Positions 46,416 through 56,610 of a stretch of 64,000 nt of DNA are shown here, piece by piece. The translations under genes and the position numbers were made by a program. Location: IMG/VR virus record IMGVR_UViG_3300028840_006907, positions 256,001 through 320,000 of that record. One strand, 5' to 3'. How positions within the stretch are numbered: position 1 is the first letter of the stretch; every line of letters begins with the position of its first letter. Source of the stretch: a virus. The notes below the pieces were generated by a model. It saw only the letters and a program-made list of their open reading frames with translations. It was not told the origin of the DNA and did no database searches.

Positions 46416-47380
46416 GTAAAAAAGTTTTAGTTACTGGTGCAGGAGGATTTATAGGATCTCATTTAGTAAAACGGCTCATGGAATATGGGTATGATGTTAC
46501 AGCACTGGTAAAATATAATGCAAATGGTTCTTGGGGCTGGTTAGACACATTTCATCGTTCTGTAATCAAAGATATTAGAGTAGAGTTGGGTGATGTTCGG
46601 GATCCGGAACAAATGATGAGATATAAAAACATGGATATTATTTTCCATTTAGCTGCTTTGATAGGTATCCCTTATTCCTATGTAGCTCCTCGTTCATATG
46701 TCGATACCAATATAAACGGTACTTTAAACATGCTTCAGGTTTGTCGGGAAAATGGAGCTACTTATATTCATACATCAACTTCTGAGGTATATGGTACAGC
46801 CCTTTATGAACCTATTGATGAAAAACATCCTATCCAAACACAGAGTCCATATTCAGCTACAAAAAGTGCTGGAGATAGTTTAGCAAAGAGTTATTATCTT
46901 TCCTTCGATTTGCCCGTTATTATAGTAAGACCATTCAATACTTTTGGAACACGTCAATCTTTAAGAGCTGTTATTCCCACTATTATCAGTCAGGCATGTA
47001 AAGATGATGTTATAAAACTTGGAGATCCAAGTACCATGAGAGATTTCATTTTTGTGGATGATACTGTAGAAGGCTTTATAAAGGCCGCTGAGAGGGGAAA
47101 ATCTGGAGAGACTTATAATATAGGTTATGGCAAAAAAAGGTCAATAAGAAGTATTGTGGATGACGTAGGCAATATATTAGGTAAAGTTTTAAAAATTGAA
47201 TCGGAACCAGAGAGAATGCGACCTCCGAAGAGTGAGGTAAGAGTTCTTGTTTGTAATAATGAAAAAGCAAAAAAAGAATTGGGATGGGATATTAAATGGC
47301 CTTTTAAAAAAGGGTTGGAATATTTGATCTACGATTGGCAACGAGAAAACAAAGAAAGTAAAGATTTTTATCATGTCTAG
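46412..47380 (+). CDS. NAD-dependent nucleotide-sugar epimerase/dehydratase (SDR family)
   Basis: 322 aa; VTGAGGFIGSHL; YSATK (YxxxK). Confidence 0.75.
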   Translation: MSKKVLVTGAGGFIGSHLVKRLMEYGYDVTALVKYNANGSWGWLDTFHRSVIKDIRVELGDVRDPEQMMRYKNMDIIFHLAALIGIPYSYVAPRSYVDTNINGTLNMLQVCRENGATYIHTSTSEVYGTALYEPIDEKHPIQTQSPYSATKSAGDSLAKSYYLSFDLPVIIVRPFNTFGTRQSLRAVIPTIISQACKDDVIKLGDPSTMRDFIFVDDTVEGFIKAAERGKSGETYNIGYGKKRSIRSIVDDVGNILGKVLKIESEPERMRPPKSEVRVLVCNNEKAKKELGWDIKWPFKKGLEYLIYDWQRENKESKDFYHV

Positions 47381-48449
47381 TATATTTTTACACATACCTC
47401 ATATAGGGGAAGAGGAAAAGGCAGAAGTAAATAAGGCTCTTAATACTGGAGAATTGACCTGTGGAAATTATTTAAATCAATTTGAAAAAGAATTAAGTGA
47501 AAGGATAAATTCTCCTGTTGTTTTATGCTCTTCTGGAACAGCAGCTTTGCAATTAGGTCTACATGCTATGGGTATAGGTCCAGGAGATGAAGTAATTGTT
47601 CCTAATATGTCTTTTGTTTCGACTATAAATTCTGTTTTATATATGGGTGCTACCCCAGTTTTGTGCGATGTAGGTGATCCTGAATACGAGCTTTCCATTG
47701 ATCCTGAAGAAATAATCGATCTCATAACTCCTCGAACTAAAGCTATAATGGTATCTCATCTTTGTGGGGGATACGGTGACATTGAAAAGATATTAGATAT
47801 AGCTAGTGCGTATAAAGTTGATGTCATTGAAGATGCTGCTCAGGCAGTAGGTTGTACTATGAATGGCAAAGCTTTGGGAACATTTGGAAAGTTTGGTGTC
47901 TATTCATTTAATGGGAATAAAATTATCACCACAGGTGGTGGAGGCACTCTTTTAACTTCAGATCGTGGAATGAGTCAGAGAGTACGAAATCTTCTTAATC
48001 AAGCGAAAGACATTTTAAATCCTTTTTCTCATATAGAGATGGGGTATAATTATAGAATCAGTAATATCCATGCTGCGATAGGTTGTGCTCAATTAAAAAA
48101 ATTAGACTCTTTTATTGATAAGAAAAAATTTATTCATGAGACCTATAAAAAGAAGTTAGACATAATAACTTATAAGGAAAAATCCAATTATTGGTTGAAT
48201 GTTTATAAAGTAAAAAAATTTAATCCTTATGAAGCTGTTTGGAATCTGGATTACAAAAGCATAGAGACTCGTCCTATTTATACCCCTTTTCATATGATGG
48301 ATTTTCTTAAAAAATATGGTGAGGATGAATACCCGGTTTCAGAGAAATTATATAACAGTCTTTTTTGTTTGCCATCTTATTTATCTCTTGATGAAGAGAT
48401 AATCGATAAAGTAGTGGATGAAATAAATAATTTGGAGAATAGTGAATGA
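47373..48449 (+). CDS. DegT/DnrJ/EryC1-type PLP-dependent sugar aminotransferase
   Basis: 358 aa; conserved layout with PLP-lysine region YSFNGNKIITTGGGG. Confidence 0.75.
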   Translation: MSSIFLHIPHIGEEEKAEVNKALNTGELTCGNYLNQFEKELSERINSPVVLCSSGTAALQLGLHAMGIGPGDEVIVPNMSFVSTINSVLYMGATPVLCDVGDPEYELSIDPEEIIDLITPRTKAIMVSHLCGGYGDIEKILDIASAYKVDVIEDAAQAVGCTMNGKALGTFGKFGVYSFNGNKIITTGGGGTLLTSDRGMSQRVRNLLNQAKDILNPFSHIEMGYNYRISNIHAAIGCAQLKKLDSFIDKKKFIHETYKKKLDIITYKEKSNYWLNVYKVKKFNPYEAVWNLDYKSIETRPIYTPFHMMDFLKKYGEDEYPVSEKLYNSLFCLPSYLSLDEEIIDKVVDEINNLENSE

Positions 48450-49141
48450 AAAAACATATCCTTTTGATGTTTAATATGGGAAATAGTGGTGGGAAGTATT
48501 TCGAAGATATTTGTAATACTCACGAAGATGTTCAGATATGGCAAGAAGCAAATCACCTTTTAAAAGTAGATCATCTTGAGACACCAGTTCAGTTCGACAG
48601 GGTATATGCTTTTTTCATGAAACAGTATGAAGAAAATAAGAAAAAAACCATCGGATTAATAAAAGCTTTTGATCATCGGTTAATAGGATTGGCTGAAAGA
48701 ACTGGTGGGTCTATCATGCAGATGTTCAGACATCCTGTAGGTGTGGTGGGTTTTAAGACAGGCCATAAAATGGCTGAGTGTGAACAGAGAGGTTTGTTTG
48801 ACAAACTAGACACACCTGAAAAGATTTTTGAAGCTCATGTGGATTTTTATGCCTCAATATATAATTCCTATACGAAGAATGCTCATAAGTGGCCTGTTGT
48901 TAAATTAGAGGATTTAAAAAAGTCTTTACGGGAAAGAACTCCGTATTTTGAAGATGTAATGAAAAAAGCGCTGAAAGTTGACTGGCAACCGAAACATACA
49001 AAAAAAGTTATTAATATGGGAGGGCTTGAAGAGAATAGAGATCATTTTGATATTTGGAAATCATGGGAAGATTGGAAGAAAGATATTTTTCTGAAGTATT
49101 TCCAGGAAATAATGAAATTGTATATGTATGAATGGGAATGA
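48446..49141 (+). CDS. sulfotransferase-like protein (paralog of 52367-53158)
   Basis: 231 aa; MFNMGNSGGKYF and RHPVG motifs; shared C-terminal W..W.W.KK..F.KYF signature with 52367-53158. Confidence 0.4.
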   Translation: MKKHILLMFNMGNSGGKYFEDICNTHEDVQIWQEANHLLKVDHLETPVQFDRVYAFFMKQYEENKKKTIGLIKAFDHRLIGLAERTGGSIMQMFRHPVGVVGFKTGHKMAECEQRGLFDKLDTPEKIFEAHVDFYASIYNSYTKNAHKWPVVKLEDLKKSLRERTPYFEDVMKKALKVDWQPKHTKKVINMGGLEENRDHFDIWKSWEDWKKDIFLKYFQEIMKLYMYEWE

Positions 49142-49155
49142 TAGGAGGACGAAGT

Positions 49156-50151
49156 ATGAAAAATTTGGAAATCATAGCTGAGTTCGGAACTAATCATGTC
49201 GATCCTAATGGTAAAGTTCTTGAAAATATTGAGGATTTGATACATACACTAGCAGACAAAGGAGCGACTGCAGTTAAATTTCAGCTTTTTAAAGCTGATA
49301 ATTTAGTAGAAAAGAATACTGAAGTACATGGCCTTATAAAAAATTTGGAAATTGCTCTTGAAGAGCATGTCAGATTAAAAAAGATCTGCGAAGAAATAGG
49401 TTTGCGGTATCTTTGCACTCCTTTTTGCGTTGAGTCTTTGGATGCTCTTCTTAGTATAGGAGTAAAGGAAATAAAAATAGCCAGTTGTGATTGTGGTAAT
49501 TTACAATTGATGTCAGATATTGTACAACGTCATAACAAAATTCATCGAGTTATAATGGCTACAGGTATGTCAACATTGAATGAAATTGGTGTTTCCATTG
49601 ACATCCTTATTGATGGAGGATTTAATATTGATCTTTTACATTGTACAAGTGTTTACCCTACACCGATATACCGAGCTTCTCTAGACATGATAAGAGTCTT
49701 AAAAAAGAAGTGGGGTTTATTTAATATAGGATATTCGGATCATACATTGGGGACTGAAGTGGTGGGTATAGCCCGAGCTATGGGTTGTACCATTTTTGAA
49801 AAGCATGTAACTCCTGATAGAACAATGCCCGGTTTTGATCATGCTTATTCTTTTCCTATTGATGAATTTGATAAATATGTCGATGCTATCAAGAATGTCG
49901 ATCAGATAATAGGAGAAGAAAGAAAATACGTAGATAAAAAAGAAGCAGTATCTCGTGATGCCATGAAAAGAGGCATATGGTTTAAAAAAGAAGTGTTTAA
50001 AGGGCAGAAAATAACCAGAGATGATATCATTGTACGAAGACCGTTGAAAGGGGCCGTTAACCAGACTTACTATTTTTCTGTTCTTGGTAAAAAAGTAAAG
50101 AAGAATTTTAATGAGGATGATCCCGTTTTAACGGAGAATTTATATGAGTAA
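49156..50151 (+). CDS. nonulosonic acid synthase (NeuB/PseI/LegI family)
   Basis: Start at ATG with AGGAGG RBS (track start 49132); IIAEFGTNH motif near N-terminus; length ~331 aa typical of NeuB. Confidence 0.7.
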   Translation: MKNLEIIAEFGTNHVDPNGKVLENIEDLIHTLADKGATAVKFQLFKADNLVEKNTEVHGLIKNLEIALEEHVRLKKICEEIGLRYLCTPFCVESLDALLSIGVKEIKIASCDCGNLQLMSDIVQRHNKIHRVIMATGMSTLNEIGVSIDILIDGGFNIDLLHCTSVYPTPIYRASLDMIRVLKKKWGLFNIGYSDHTLGTEVVGIARAMGCTIFEKHVTPDRTMPGFDHAYSFPIDEFDKYVDAIKNVDQIIGEERKYVDKKEAVSRDAMKRGIWFKKEVFKGQKITRDDIIVRRPLKGAVNQTYYFSVLGKKVKKNFNEDDPVLTENLYE

Positions 50152-51052
50152 AATAGGAATTCGATGTGATTGTGGACCGGTAATGGGCATGGGTCATATA
50201 TCTAGGCAGAAACTTATTTATGAAGAACTCATGAAATTGGACCACGAAGTTTCTTTTTTTGTAAAAAGAGAACGGAACATAGTTAAATCAATGGGACTTC
50301 CACTTTCAAATAAGATTTTAATGGATACAATGGATACTTTGATAATTGATTTAGTGGAAGGTTTTGAGGATTATGATTTTCCTCGAACTAAAATAGTTTT
50401 TTATGATGGTCCGGAAATGATACATTGTGATGCTGATATCATTTTTGCTTTAAATTATAAACAACAGAAATCCTGGTATAGAGGAACGGGTTATTATGTT
50501 GGGCTAGATTATATCCCGATGGATCCCAGCATTTCTAAAATAGAGAAAGAATTTGGTAATTTAGAAAAAATATTAATTATGACAAGTGGAATCGATCCTT
50601 GGGATATGCCAGGACAAATAGTTAGAGTTATTAAGGATCTGGGTTATGACATCACAGTTAAATTATCTAATGCTTATCCAAAAGATTGGATCAGTAAACT
50701 TGAGAAACATGCTGAGATAATTTTAAATGTGGATAGTGTTGCTTCATTATATGAAGAATATGATTTAATGATATGTACTGCAGGAAATGTGTTGTTCGAG
50801 GCTGCTGTAGCTGGTTTACCCTGTATAAGTTTTTCGACGGGTAAAGTTCAGGAGGGCCATGGGGCGTTTATGAGTGACAAAGGTTTTTCAGTTCATCTTG
50901 GAGGCTTTTGGAATAATACTGCTGAAGTTGGTTATTTGTCTGATGCTATAAAATTTTTAGCTGATAGATCGGATAGAGAACAAAGATCTGAGATAGGTCG
51001 TTCTATTTGTGATGGTAAAGGATTAGAAAGGATAATAAATATTATAGGGTAA
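50144..51052 (+). CDS. PseG-like UDP-sugar hydrolase / GT-B family protein
   Basis: 302 aa; IRCDCGPVMGMGHISR resembles the PseG R.D...G.GH..R signature; GT28-like C-terminal segment. Confidence 0.5.
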   Translation: MSKIGIRCDCGPVMGMGHISRQKLIYEELMKLDHEVSFFVKRERNIVKSMGLPLSNKILMDTMDTLIIDLVEGFEDYDFPRTKIVFYDGPEMIHCDADIIFALNYKQQKSWYRGTGYYVGLDYIPMDPSISKIEKEFGNLEKILIMTSGIDPWDMPGQIVRVIKDLGYDITVKLSNAYPKDWISKLEKHAEIILNVDSVASLYEEYDLMICTAGNVLFEAAVAGLPCISFSTGKVQEGHGAFMSDKGFSVHLGGFWNNTAEVGYLSDAIKFLADRSDREQRSEIGRSICDGKGLERIINIIG

Positions 51053-51055
51053 AAT

Positions 51056-51718
51056 ATGAAAACTATCGCATTTACATTGCCAGTAAGAAAGAACAGTCAA
51101 AGAGTAAAAAATAAAATGTTAAGACCTTTTGCAGGGAGAAGTTTATTTGAGATCTATTTGGATAAAATCGAATGTTTCAAACATTTGGTTTATGTTGTTG
51201 CCTATGAAGAAGAATTTATTAACATAGCTAAAAAAAGGGGATTTAAATATCTTCATAGAAGTGAAGAGTCTGCTAATGGGGAAACTTCTCCAGTTATCCA
51301 TAGTTATTTAAATGAGATGAAAGAAGATTTCATTTTTATGGCAACTGCGTGTTGTCCTTTGATGAAGACAGAGACTTTGAAAAATATCATGGTAGAGCTA
51401 TGTTCAAAACTCCATGATCCTAATTATCACGGTTTAATAACTGTAAAAAGATGTGGTAATGCTATTTGGAATTCAGAGAAGAAAGTAATGAATGATGATG
51501 TTCGAACTTTCAATACTAAGTTAAGAAAACCTTTTTACATCGAGACTAGTTCCGTTTTTGTTTTTAGACGTGAAAGATTTCTTAAACTAGGTGCATATTG
51601 GGATTTTGGTGATAAAGATCCCGATCTTTATGAAATTAATTCAATTGAAGCTACTGATATTGATACAATGGATGATTTCGAAGTAGCTGAAATACTTTAC
51701 AAAAGAAGGTTGTCATGA
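51056..51718 (+). CDS. CMP-nonulosonic acid synthetase-like cytidylyltransferase
   Basis: 220 aa; N-terminal PVRKNSQRVKNK as in acylneuraminate cytidylyltransferases. Confidence 0.55.
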   Translation: MKTIAFTLPVRKNSQRVKNKMLRPFAGRSLFEIYLDKIECFKHLVYVVAYEEEFINIAKKRGFKYLHRSEESANGETSPVIHSYLNEMKEDFIFMATACCPLMKTETLKNIMVELCSKLHDPNYHGLITVKRCGNAIWNSEKKVMNDDVRTFNTKLRKPFYIETSSVFVFRRERFLKLGAYWDFGDKDPDLYEINSIEATDIDTMDDFEVAEILYKRRLS

Positions 51719-52374
51719 AAAATTATGGCTATGCTGATATGAGTGAAAAAGAAAAATTATCTAAAGAACAAGTATTAGAATTTTGGAAAAATCCTATAAA
51801 CGATAATACTAATAAAAATGAGAACAATGATCCTGAGCATTATTTGAGTGGGGAAAAACGTAGCCGATATCTCGTTGAATTAATTAAAAGGCATTTACAT
51901 AAAGAAGCAAAAATATTAGAGATTGGTTGTAATGTCGGGAGGAATTTGCATTATCTATATGAAACAGGTTATAACAATTTAAATGGGATAGAAATTAATG
52001 ATAATGCTGTTCAAGTGATGCATAAAAATTATCCCGAATTATATGGAAGTGTAGGAATTTATAATTGTCCGGTTGAATCTATTATTACATCTTTTTCCGA
52101 TGAAGCCTATGACTTGGTCTTTACAATGGCTGTTTTAGAGCACATTCATTATGAGAGTGATTTCATTTTCTCTGAGATAGCTCGGGTAGCCAAAAGATGT
52201 ATAATTACAATTGAAGATGAAAAAACTACCTGGAGTAACAGACATTTTCCTCGTAATTATAAGGAGGTGTTTGAGAAGATCGGGAATTGGGTACAGATTT
52301 ATGATATGAATTGTGGTGGGATTAATATACTTGATGATCGATTTTGGGTAAGGGTATTTAAAAAGAATGTCTAA
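51715..52374 (+). CDS. class I SAM-dependent methyltransferase
   Basis: 219 aa; motif I ILEIGCNVGRN. Confidence 0.65.
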   Translation: MKNYGYADMSEKEKLSKEQVLEFWKNPINDNTNKNENNDPEHYLSGEKRSRYLVELIKRHLHKEAKILEIGCNVGRNLHYLYETGYNNLNGIEINDNAVQVMHKNYPELYGSVGIYNCPVESIITSFSDEAYDLVFTMAVLEHIHYESDFIFSEIARVAKRCIITIEDEKTTWSNRHFPRNYKEVFEKIGNWVQIYDMNCGGINILDDRFWVRVFKKNV

Positions 52375-53158
52375 ACGAATAGTGTTAGTCAGAAATATGG
52401 GAAACAGTGGCGGTGCCTGGTTAATGAAGGTATTTAATATGCATGAAAACATATTAATGTTTCAGGAATTAAACCAGATACTGAGGTTAAGATATGATTA
52501 TTCGGATATAAATAAGAAGAATCTAAATTACCCTCATGTTGACTATGATGTAAAAATAGCTCAACGGAGTCGTGATCTTAAAGGATTTTTATTTAATAGT
52601 AGAACTCAGTGTCATATAGCAACTAGTTTTCTTTTATATCAATATGATATTAGAAAAGAAGATGCGATTGGGTTAATAAAATGTTTTGATCATGAATCTA
52701 TAAGAGAATGTAGAGTAAAATGTCCTTCTGTTAAAGTTGTACAAGTTTTAAGAAATCCTATTGGTATAATAGATTTTTATATGAGTCAGGAAAATTTAAG
52801 GCAAATAGCCCATCATGATCCATATGAAATATCTTTTAAAAAACATGTGGATTTCTTTCATAATAAATTTATAGATTTTTGGGAAAATAATGAAAAAAAA
52901 GGTGAGAAAATTATACGACTAGAAGATTTGAATATATCATTGAAAGATGGAAATCCTTTCTTAAAAGACACTATGGAAGATTTATTTGAAGTTAATTTCT
53001 CAAATGAATTTATTGAAAAAATCAAACAAAATTTAGGTTATGGGAATGAAGGTAACCAGAATAAAGAGATATGGCAAAACTGGGAAGGATGGAAAAAAGA
53101 ATATTTCAAGAAATATTTCGAAAATCTAATGATGAATCTTGGCTATGAATTGAGGTGA
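52367..53158 (+). CDS. sulfotransferase-like protein
   Basis: 263 aa; VRNMGNSGGAWL (5'-PSB-like) and LRNPIGIIDFYMS (3'-PB-like); paralog of 48446-49141. Confidence 0.4.
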   Translation: MSKRIVLVRNMGNSGGAWLMKVFNMHENILMFQELNQILRLRYDYSDINKKNLNYPHVDYDVKIAQRSRDLKGFLFNSRTQCHIATSFLLYQYDIRKEDAIGLIKCFDHESIRECRVKCPSVKVVQVLRNPIGIIDFYMSQENLRQIAHHDPYEISFKKHVDFFHNKFIDFWENNEKKGEKIIRLEDLNISLKDGNPFLKDTMEDLFEVNFSNEFIEKIKQNLGYGNEGNQNKEIWQNWEGWKKEYFKKYFENLMMNLGYELR

Positions 53159-53161
53159 TAA

Positions 53162-53737
53162 ATGAATTTATTTGAATCTGCGTACTATACTGAAGAGGAT
53201 CTGAGAAAAGGCGGTTTTAAAAGTGTCGGTAAAAATGTTCAGATTGATAAAAGTTGCACGATAATAGGCTTAGATAAAATCACTCTAGGAGATAATGTTC
53301 GAATCGATGGTTACTGTTGTATTATTGCCACAAAAGAGGAAGTGATTTTCGGTTCTTATATTCATATAGGTTCGTTTTGTCATCTCTGTGGAACTGCAGG
53401 TCTTATAATGAAAGATTTTTCAGGTTTGTCACAAGGAGTTCGAATTTACTCCTCTTCTGATGATTATTCAGGAAAGTTTTTAACTAATCCAACTGTTCCC
53501 GATAAATACACAGGTATAATAAGAGAACCAGTTATTATAGGTAAACATGTTATAATCGGGGCTAATACTGTTATTCTTCCAGGAGTTGTTATAGGTGATG
53601 GGTCAGCTATTGGTGCCATGTCCCTTGTAACAAAAGACGTAGATAAAAATAGTGTCTATGCAGGTTGTCCAGCGAAATTTATAAAAACACGTTCAAAAAG
53701 AATATTTGATTTAGAGAAGAGGTTATTAAATGAATAA
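53162..53737 (+). CDS. hexapeptide-repeat (LbH) sugar acetyltransferase
   Basis: 191 aa; repeated [LIV]-G-x-x-x-x hexapeptides (VIIGKHVIIGANTVILPGVVIGDGSAIG). Confidence 0.7.
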   Translation: MNLFESAYYTEEDLRKGGFKSVGKNVQIDKSCTIIGLDKITLGDNVRIDGYCCIIATKEEVIFGSYIHIGSFCHLCGTAGLIMKDFSGLSQGVRIYSSSDDYSGKFLTNPTVPDKYTGIIREPVIIGKHVIIGANTVILPGVVIGDGSAIGAMSLVTKDVDKNSVYAGCPAKFIKTRSKRIFDLEKRLLNE

Positions 53738-54443
53738 ATCAATTTTCATATGTTCAGGAGGTCGATGTGGTACACATTGGGTTCGGCCTATTCTTGCTCA
53801 GCTTTTAGATTTACAAACTGGGTTTGATTGGAAAGGATATAATCCAAATAAAATTCCCTTTAAAACAGAACCTGGAGCTATTTGGAAAATAAAGATGGTA
53901 GAAAAGAGAGAGCCAGGAGGAAGGATTTATTCAGGGCATATGCCAATTACAGAACTTCTACCTATTATCAGTTTAGTAAATATAATAATTCTTATAAGAG
54001 ATCCTAGAGATATGTGTGTTTCGGCTGCATATTATACTCCAGAAAGAAGAGTATTAACTCAAGAAGAATTTGAATCTAAATTTAATAATTTATTAATACA
54101 AGGAAGCCCGAATCCTGATTTTCATGAATCTTATATAGAAAGTAAGAATAAAATACCTCATTTTTTATTAAAATATGAAGATATGATTCATGATGATTAT
54201 GGCTCAATAGTTAAATTTTTAAATAATTCAGGTTATAAATTTGAAGAAGAAAAATTAAAATATGTACTTGATAAAAACTCATTCAAGAATTTATCAGGTG
54301 GACGAGAAGCCGGTGAGGAGGATAATACCGCTTTTTATAGAAAAGGTATTGTGGGTGATTGGGTAAATTATCTCTCTAATGGTTTACTTGAACAATATAC
54401 CGATAGGCATAAAACTTTGTTGGAAGAATGGGGGTATATGTAA
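53730..54443 (+). CDS. sulfotransferase
   Basis: 237 aa; CSGGRCGTHW (5'-PSB-like) and LIRDPRDMCVSAAYY (3'-PB RDPxD..VS.Y). Confidence 0.55.
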   Translation: MNKSIFICSGGRCGTHWVRPILAQLLDLQTGFDWKGYNPNKIPFKTEPGAIWKIKMVEKREPGGRIYSGHMPITELLPIISLVNIIILIRDPRDMCVSAAYYTPERRVLTQEEFESKFNNLLIQGSPNPDFHESYIESKNKIPHFLLKYEDMIHDDYGSIVKFLNNSGYKFEEEKLKYVLDKNSFKNLSGGREAGEEDNTAFYRKGIVGDWVNYLSNGLLEQYTDRHKTLLEEWGYM

Positions 54444-54444
54444 T

Positions 54445-55116
54445 ATGGAAGATTATTTTGAACAAATGGTAACAGTTTTTAAAAAGTACTTTAAAGAGTA
54501 TTATCGTAATGTATTCACAAATCAATCAGTGGAAACCTGTACAGGTATTTATAATCTTTGTAAAAAAGAAAATCCAGATCAAGTAGTGGAAATGGGAACC
54601 AATCATGGGGCTTCTACTCTTTCTATAGTAAAAGCACTGACTGATTTAGGGAAAGATTTGTCTATTATTACTTCAATTGATTTAGACCACGAGAAATGGA
54701 AGGCAACATTTAATATACAAAAAGAATTGATTAAAAAGTATGATTTAAATTTAGGAAAAGTAAAATTAATAACTCAAGATTTTAATTCAGTAGATCCTGT
54801 AGAAATAATTGACCCTGAAAAGAAAGTATTTATTTTTTATGATATGCATGATCATCGAGGCCCATGGTCACAGAGACTACTTGATTTATGGGTACCTTTA
54901 GTTAAGAATGGTGTCTTCTCTATTCATGATGTAACTCCTGTAAGTGAATCCTTTGAAATAGTTCAGGATAAAATTTCCCCTCGAACAAAGATACAGTATA
55001 AGAGTGGGCAGTATTTTGCAGGTTTCAATGAATGTTTTCGAATAATAAAATGGGCAAATACAAATAACATAAATATAGAGATATTTCCAGGAGGAGTATA
55101 TTTCAGAAATGGCTAA
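54445..55116 (+). CDS. class I SAM-dependent methyltransferase-like protein
   Basis: Start at ATG just after upstream stop (track start 54379); VVEMGTNHGASTLSI motif. Confidence 0.5.
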   Translation: MEDYFEQMVTVFKKYFKEYYRNVFTNQSVETCTGIYNLCKKENPDQVVEMGTNHGASTLSIVKALTDLGKDLSIITSIDLDHEKWKATFNIQKELIKKYDLNLGKVKLITQDFNSVDPVEIIDPEKKVFIFYDMHDHRGPWSQRLLDLWVPLVKNGVFSIHDVTPVSESFEIVQDKISPRTKIQYKSGQYFAGFNECFRIIKWANTNNINIEIFPGGVYFRNG

Positions 55117-55795
55117 CATTTTTATTGGAAAAAATATGTCAAATATAAAAAATATTCCTGGTTTAAATAAAATAACAAAGATACATGATGTGGCTGATTA
55201 TGTGAGATTAGCTGATTTTGTCTATAAAACAATTTCCCATTCTATGGATAGTGGGATTGATTTAGATTATTCTGTTAATCAATTGTATTGGCAATTTGTG
55301 AATAAAAAGAGATTTGGATGGTGCTATATGCATGCTCTGTATTATCATCTTATAGTACAAGAATATGGTCGTGAATCTTTTGTTTATGATTATGGCTTAC
55401 CAGCGCCACAATTAACTCATAGTGTTGTTGTAGTAACTTTACGTGATGATAAGTATTTAATTGATCCTTATTTTAATCGTTATTATGTAACAGAAAAAGG
55501 GAATCCGTATACATTTCCTGACTTATTGGCTATGATAAAAACTGATCCAACAAAAATTTATAGTAAATATGGACCTGGTTTGAAAGAAGTTAAACAGGGA
55601 GATAAATATATAGAAACTTCTCCTGAACAATTTGAAAAAGGAGTATTGGAATCGTGGCGAGTAAATCAGAATTATGATAAAATAATGATGGAAAAATTTA
55701 ATAGCACAAATGCATTATTATTAATGCATTGTAAAGTACAAAAAGCTAAAGTATGTAAAAAAATAGATGGGACAAAGTATTTTGACTTTTTCTAA
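55109..55795 (+). CDS. hypothetical protein
   Basis: 228-aa ORF inside glycan island. Confidence 0.5.
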   Translation: MANIFIGKNMSNIKNIPGLNKITKIHDVADYVRLADFVYKTISHSMDSGIDLDYSVNQLYWQFVNKKRFGWCYMHALYYHLIVQEYGRESFVYDYGLPAPQLTHSVVVVTLRDDKYLIDPYFNRYYVTEKGNPYTFPDLLAMIKTDPTKIYSKYGPGLKEVKQGDKYIETSPEQFEKGVLESWRVNQNYDKIMMEKFNSTNALLLMHCKVQKAKVCKKIDGTKYFDFF

Positions 55796-56570
55796 TGTTA
55801 TATCCTTTATCAGTGCATTTAAAAAGTTTAAACCTCCTTATGGTATGATACAGCATTCTGCTATGTATTCATGGAATGCTAATAATATTGAAGTATTTGT
55901 TCCAGATAATGAGGTTGGAGTTAAAGATGCTTGTCAGAGTTATCCTAATATTAAATTAATCCCCGATGTTAAACGGGCTCGGGAAATGGGCTTTTCAAAT
56001 CAGTCTCCTATGGTAAAAGATCTGATTGCAAAAGCTCTACCTTTAATCAATACTCCGATGGTAGCTTTAATTAATTCAGACATTATAATTCAACCTGATT
56101 TTATAGAAAGAATAGAAAAAATACTGAAAGAATACGGTTTTGATATTTATATGGTGGGAACTCGATTTGATATTAAATTGGATATTCATATAAGTTCGGA
56201 AGAGACATATAAACAGGTATTGAGTTCAGAACGAAAAAGTTATGATGGCAGTACTTCTTCAGATATATTTATAGCTTCTAAATTTACCTGGAGGAAGATA
56301 GTTCATGAAATGCCTGATTTTATTCTAGGTCGGTATGGGTGGGATAATTGGTTACATATGATTGCAGAACTTAAAGGATATCGTAAATTTAATTGTACAG
56401 ATGCTTTGACTATTCTTCATTGTGAGCATGATCATAAGCATATAGTTCTTCAGGAAAAGGCTGAAAAACAAAGTGCTCCAAGTTCACAGCATAATTTAAA
56501 GTTATGGAATGAAGTAAAAAATGTTTATGGGACGACCAGGATAAATGCATGGCCAAAAATTGAAATATAA
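55767..56570 (+). CDS. hypothetical protein (possible glycosyltransferase)
   Basis: 267-aa ORF; weak GT-like ALINSDIIIQPDF; overlaps previous gene. Confidence 0.45.
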   Translation: MGQSILTFSNVISFISAFKKFKPPYGMIQHSAMYSWNANNIEVFVPDNEVGVKDACQSYPNIKLIPDVKRAREMGFSNQSPMVKDLIAKALPLINTPMVALINSDIIIQPDFIERIEKILKEYGFDIYMVGTRFDIKLDIHISSEETYKQVLSSERKSYDGSTSSDIFIASKFTWRKIVHEMPDFILGRYGWDNWLHMIAELKGYRKFNCTDALTILHCEHDHKHIVLQEKAEKQSAPSSQHNLKLWNEVKNVYGTTRINAWPKIEI

Positions 56571-56571
56571 T

Positions 56572-56610
56572 AGGGGTAAAGAAGTTTCTCTACCCCTACA
56601 TGCACATTTT
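56572..56610 (+). terminator. candidate terminator hairpin
   Basis: 7-bp stem AGGGGTA/TACCCCT with 12-nt loop, T-run shortly downstream; weak. Confidence 0.3.
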
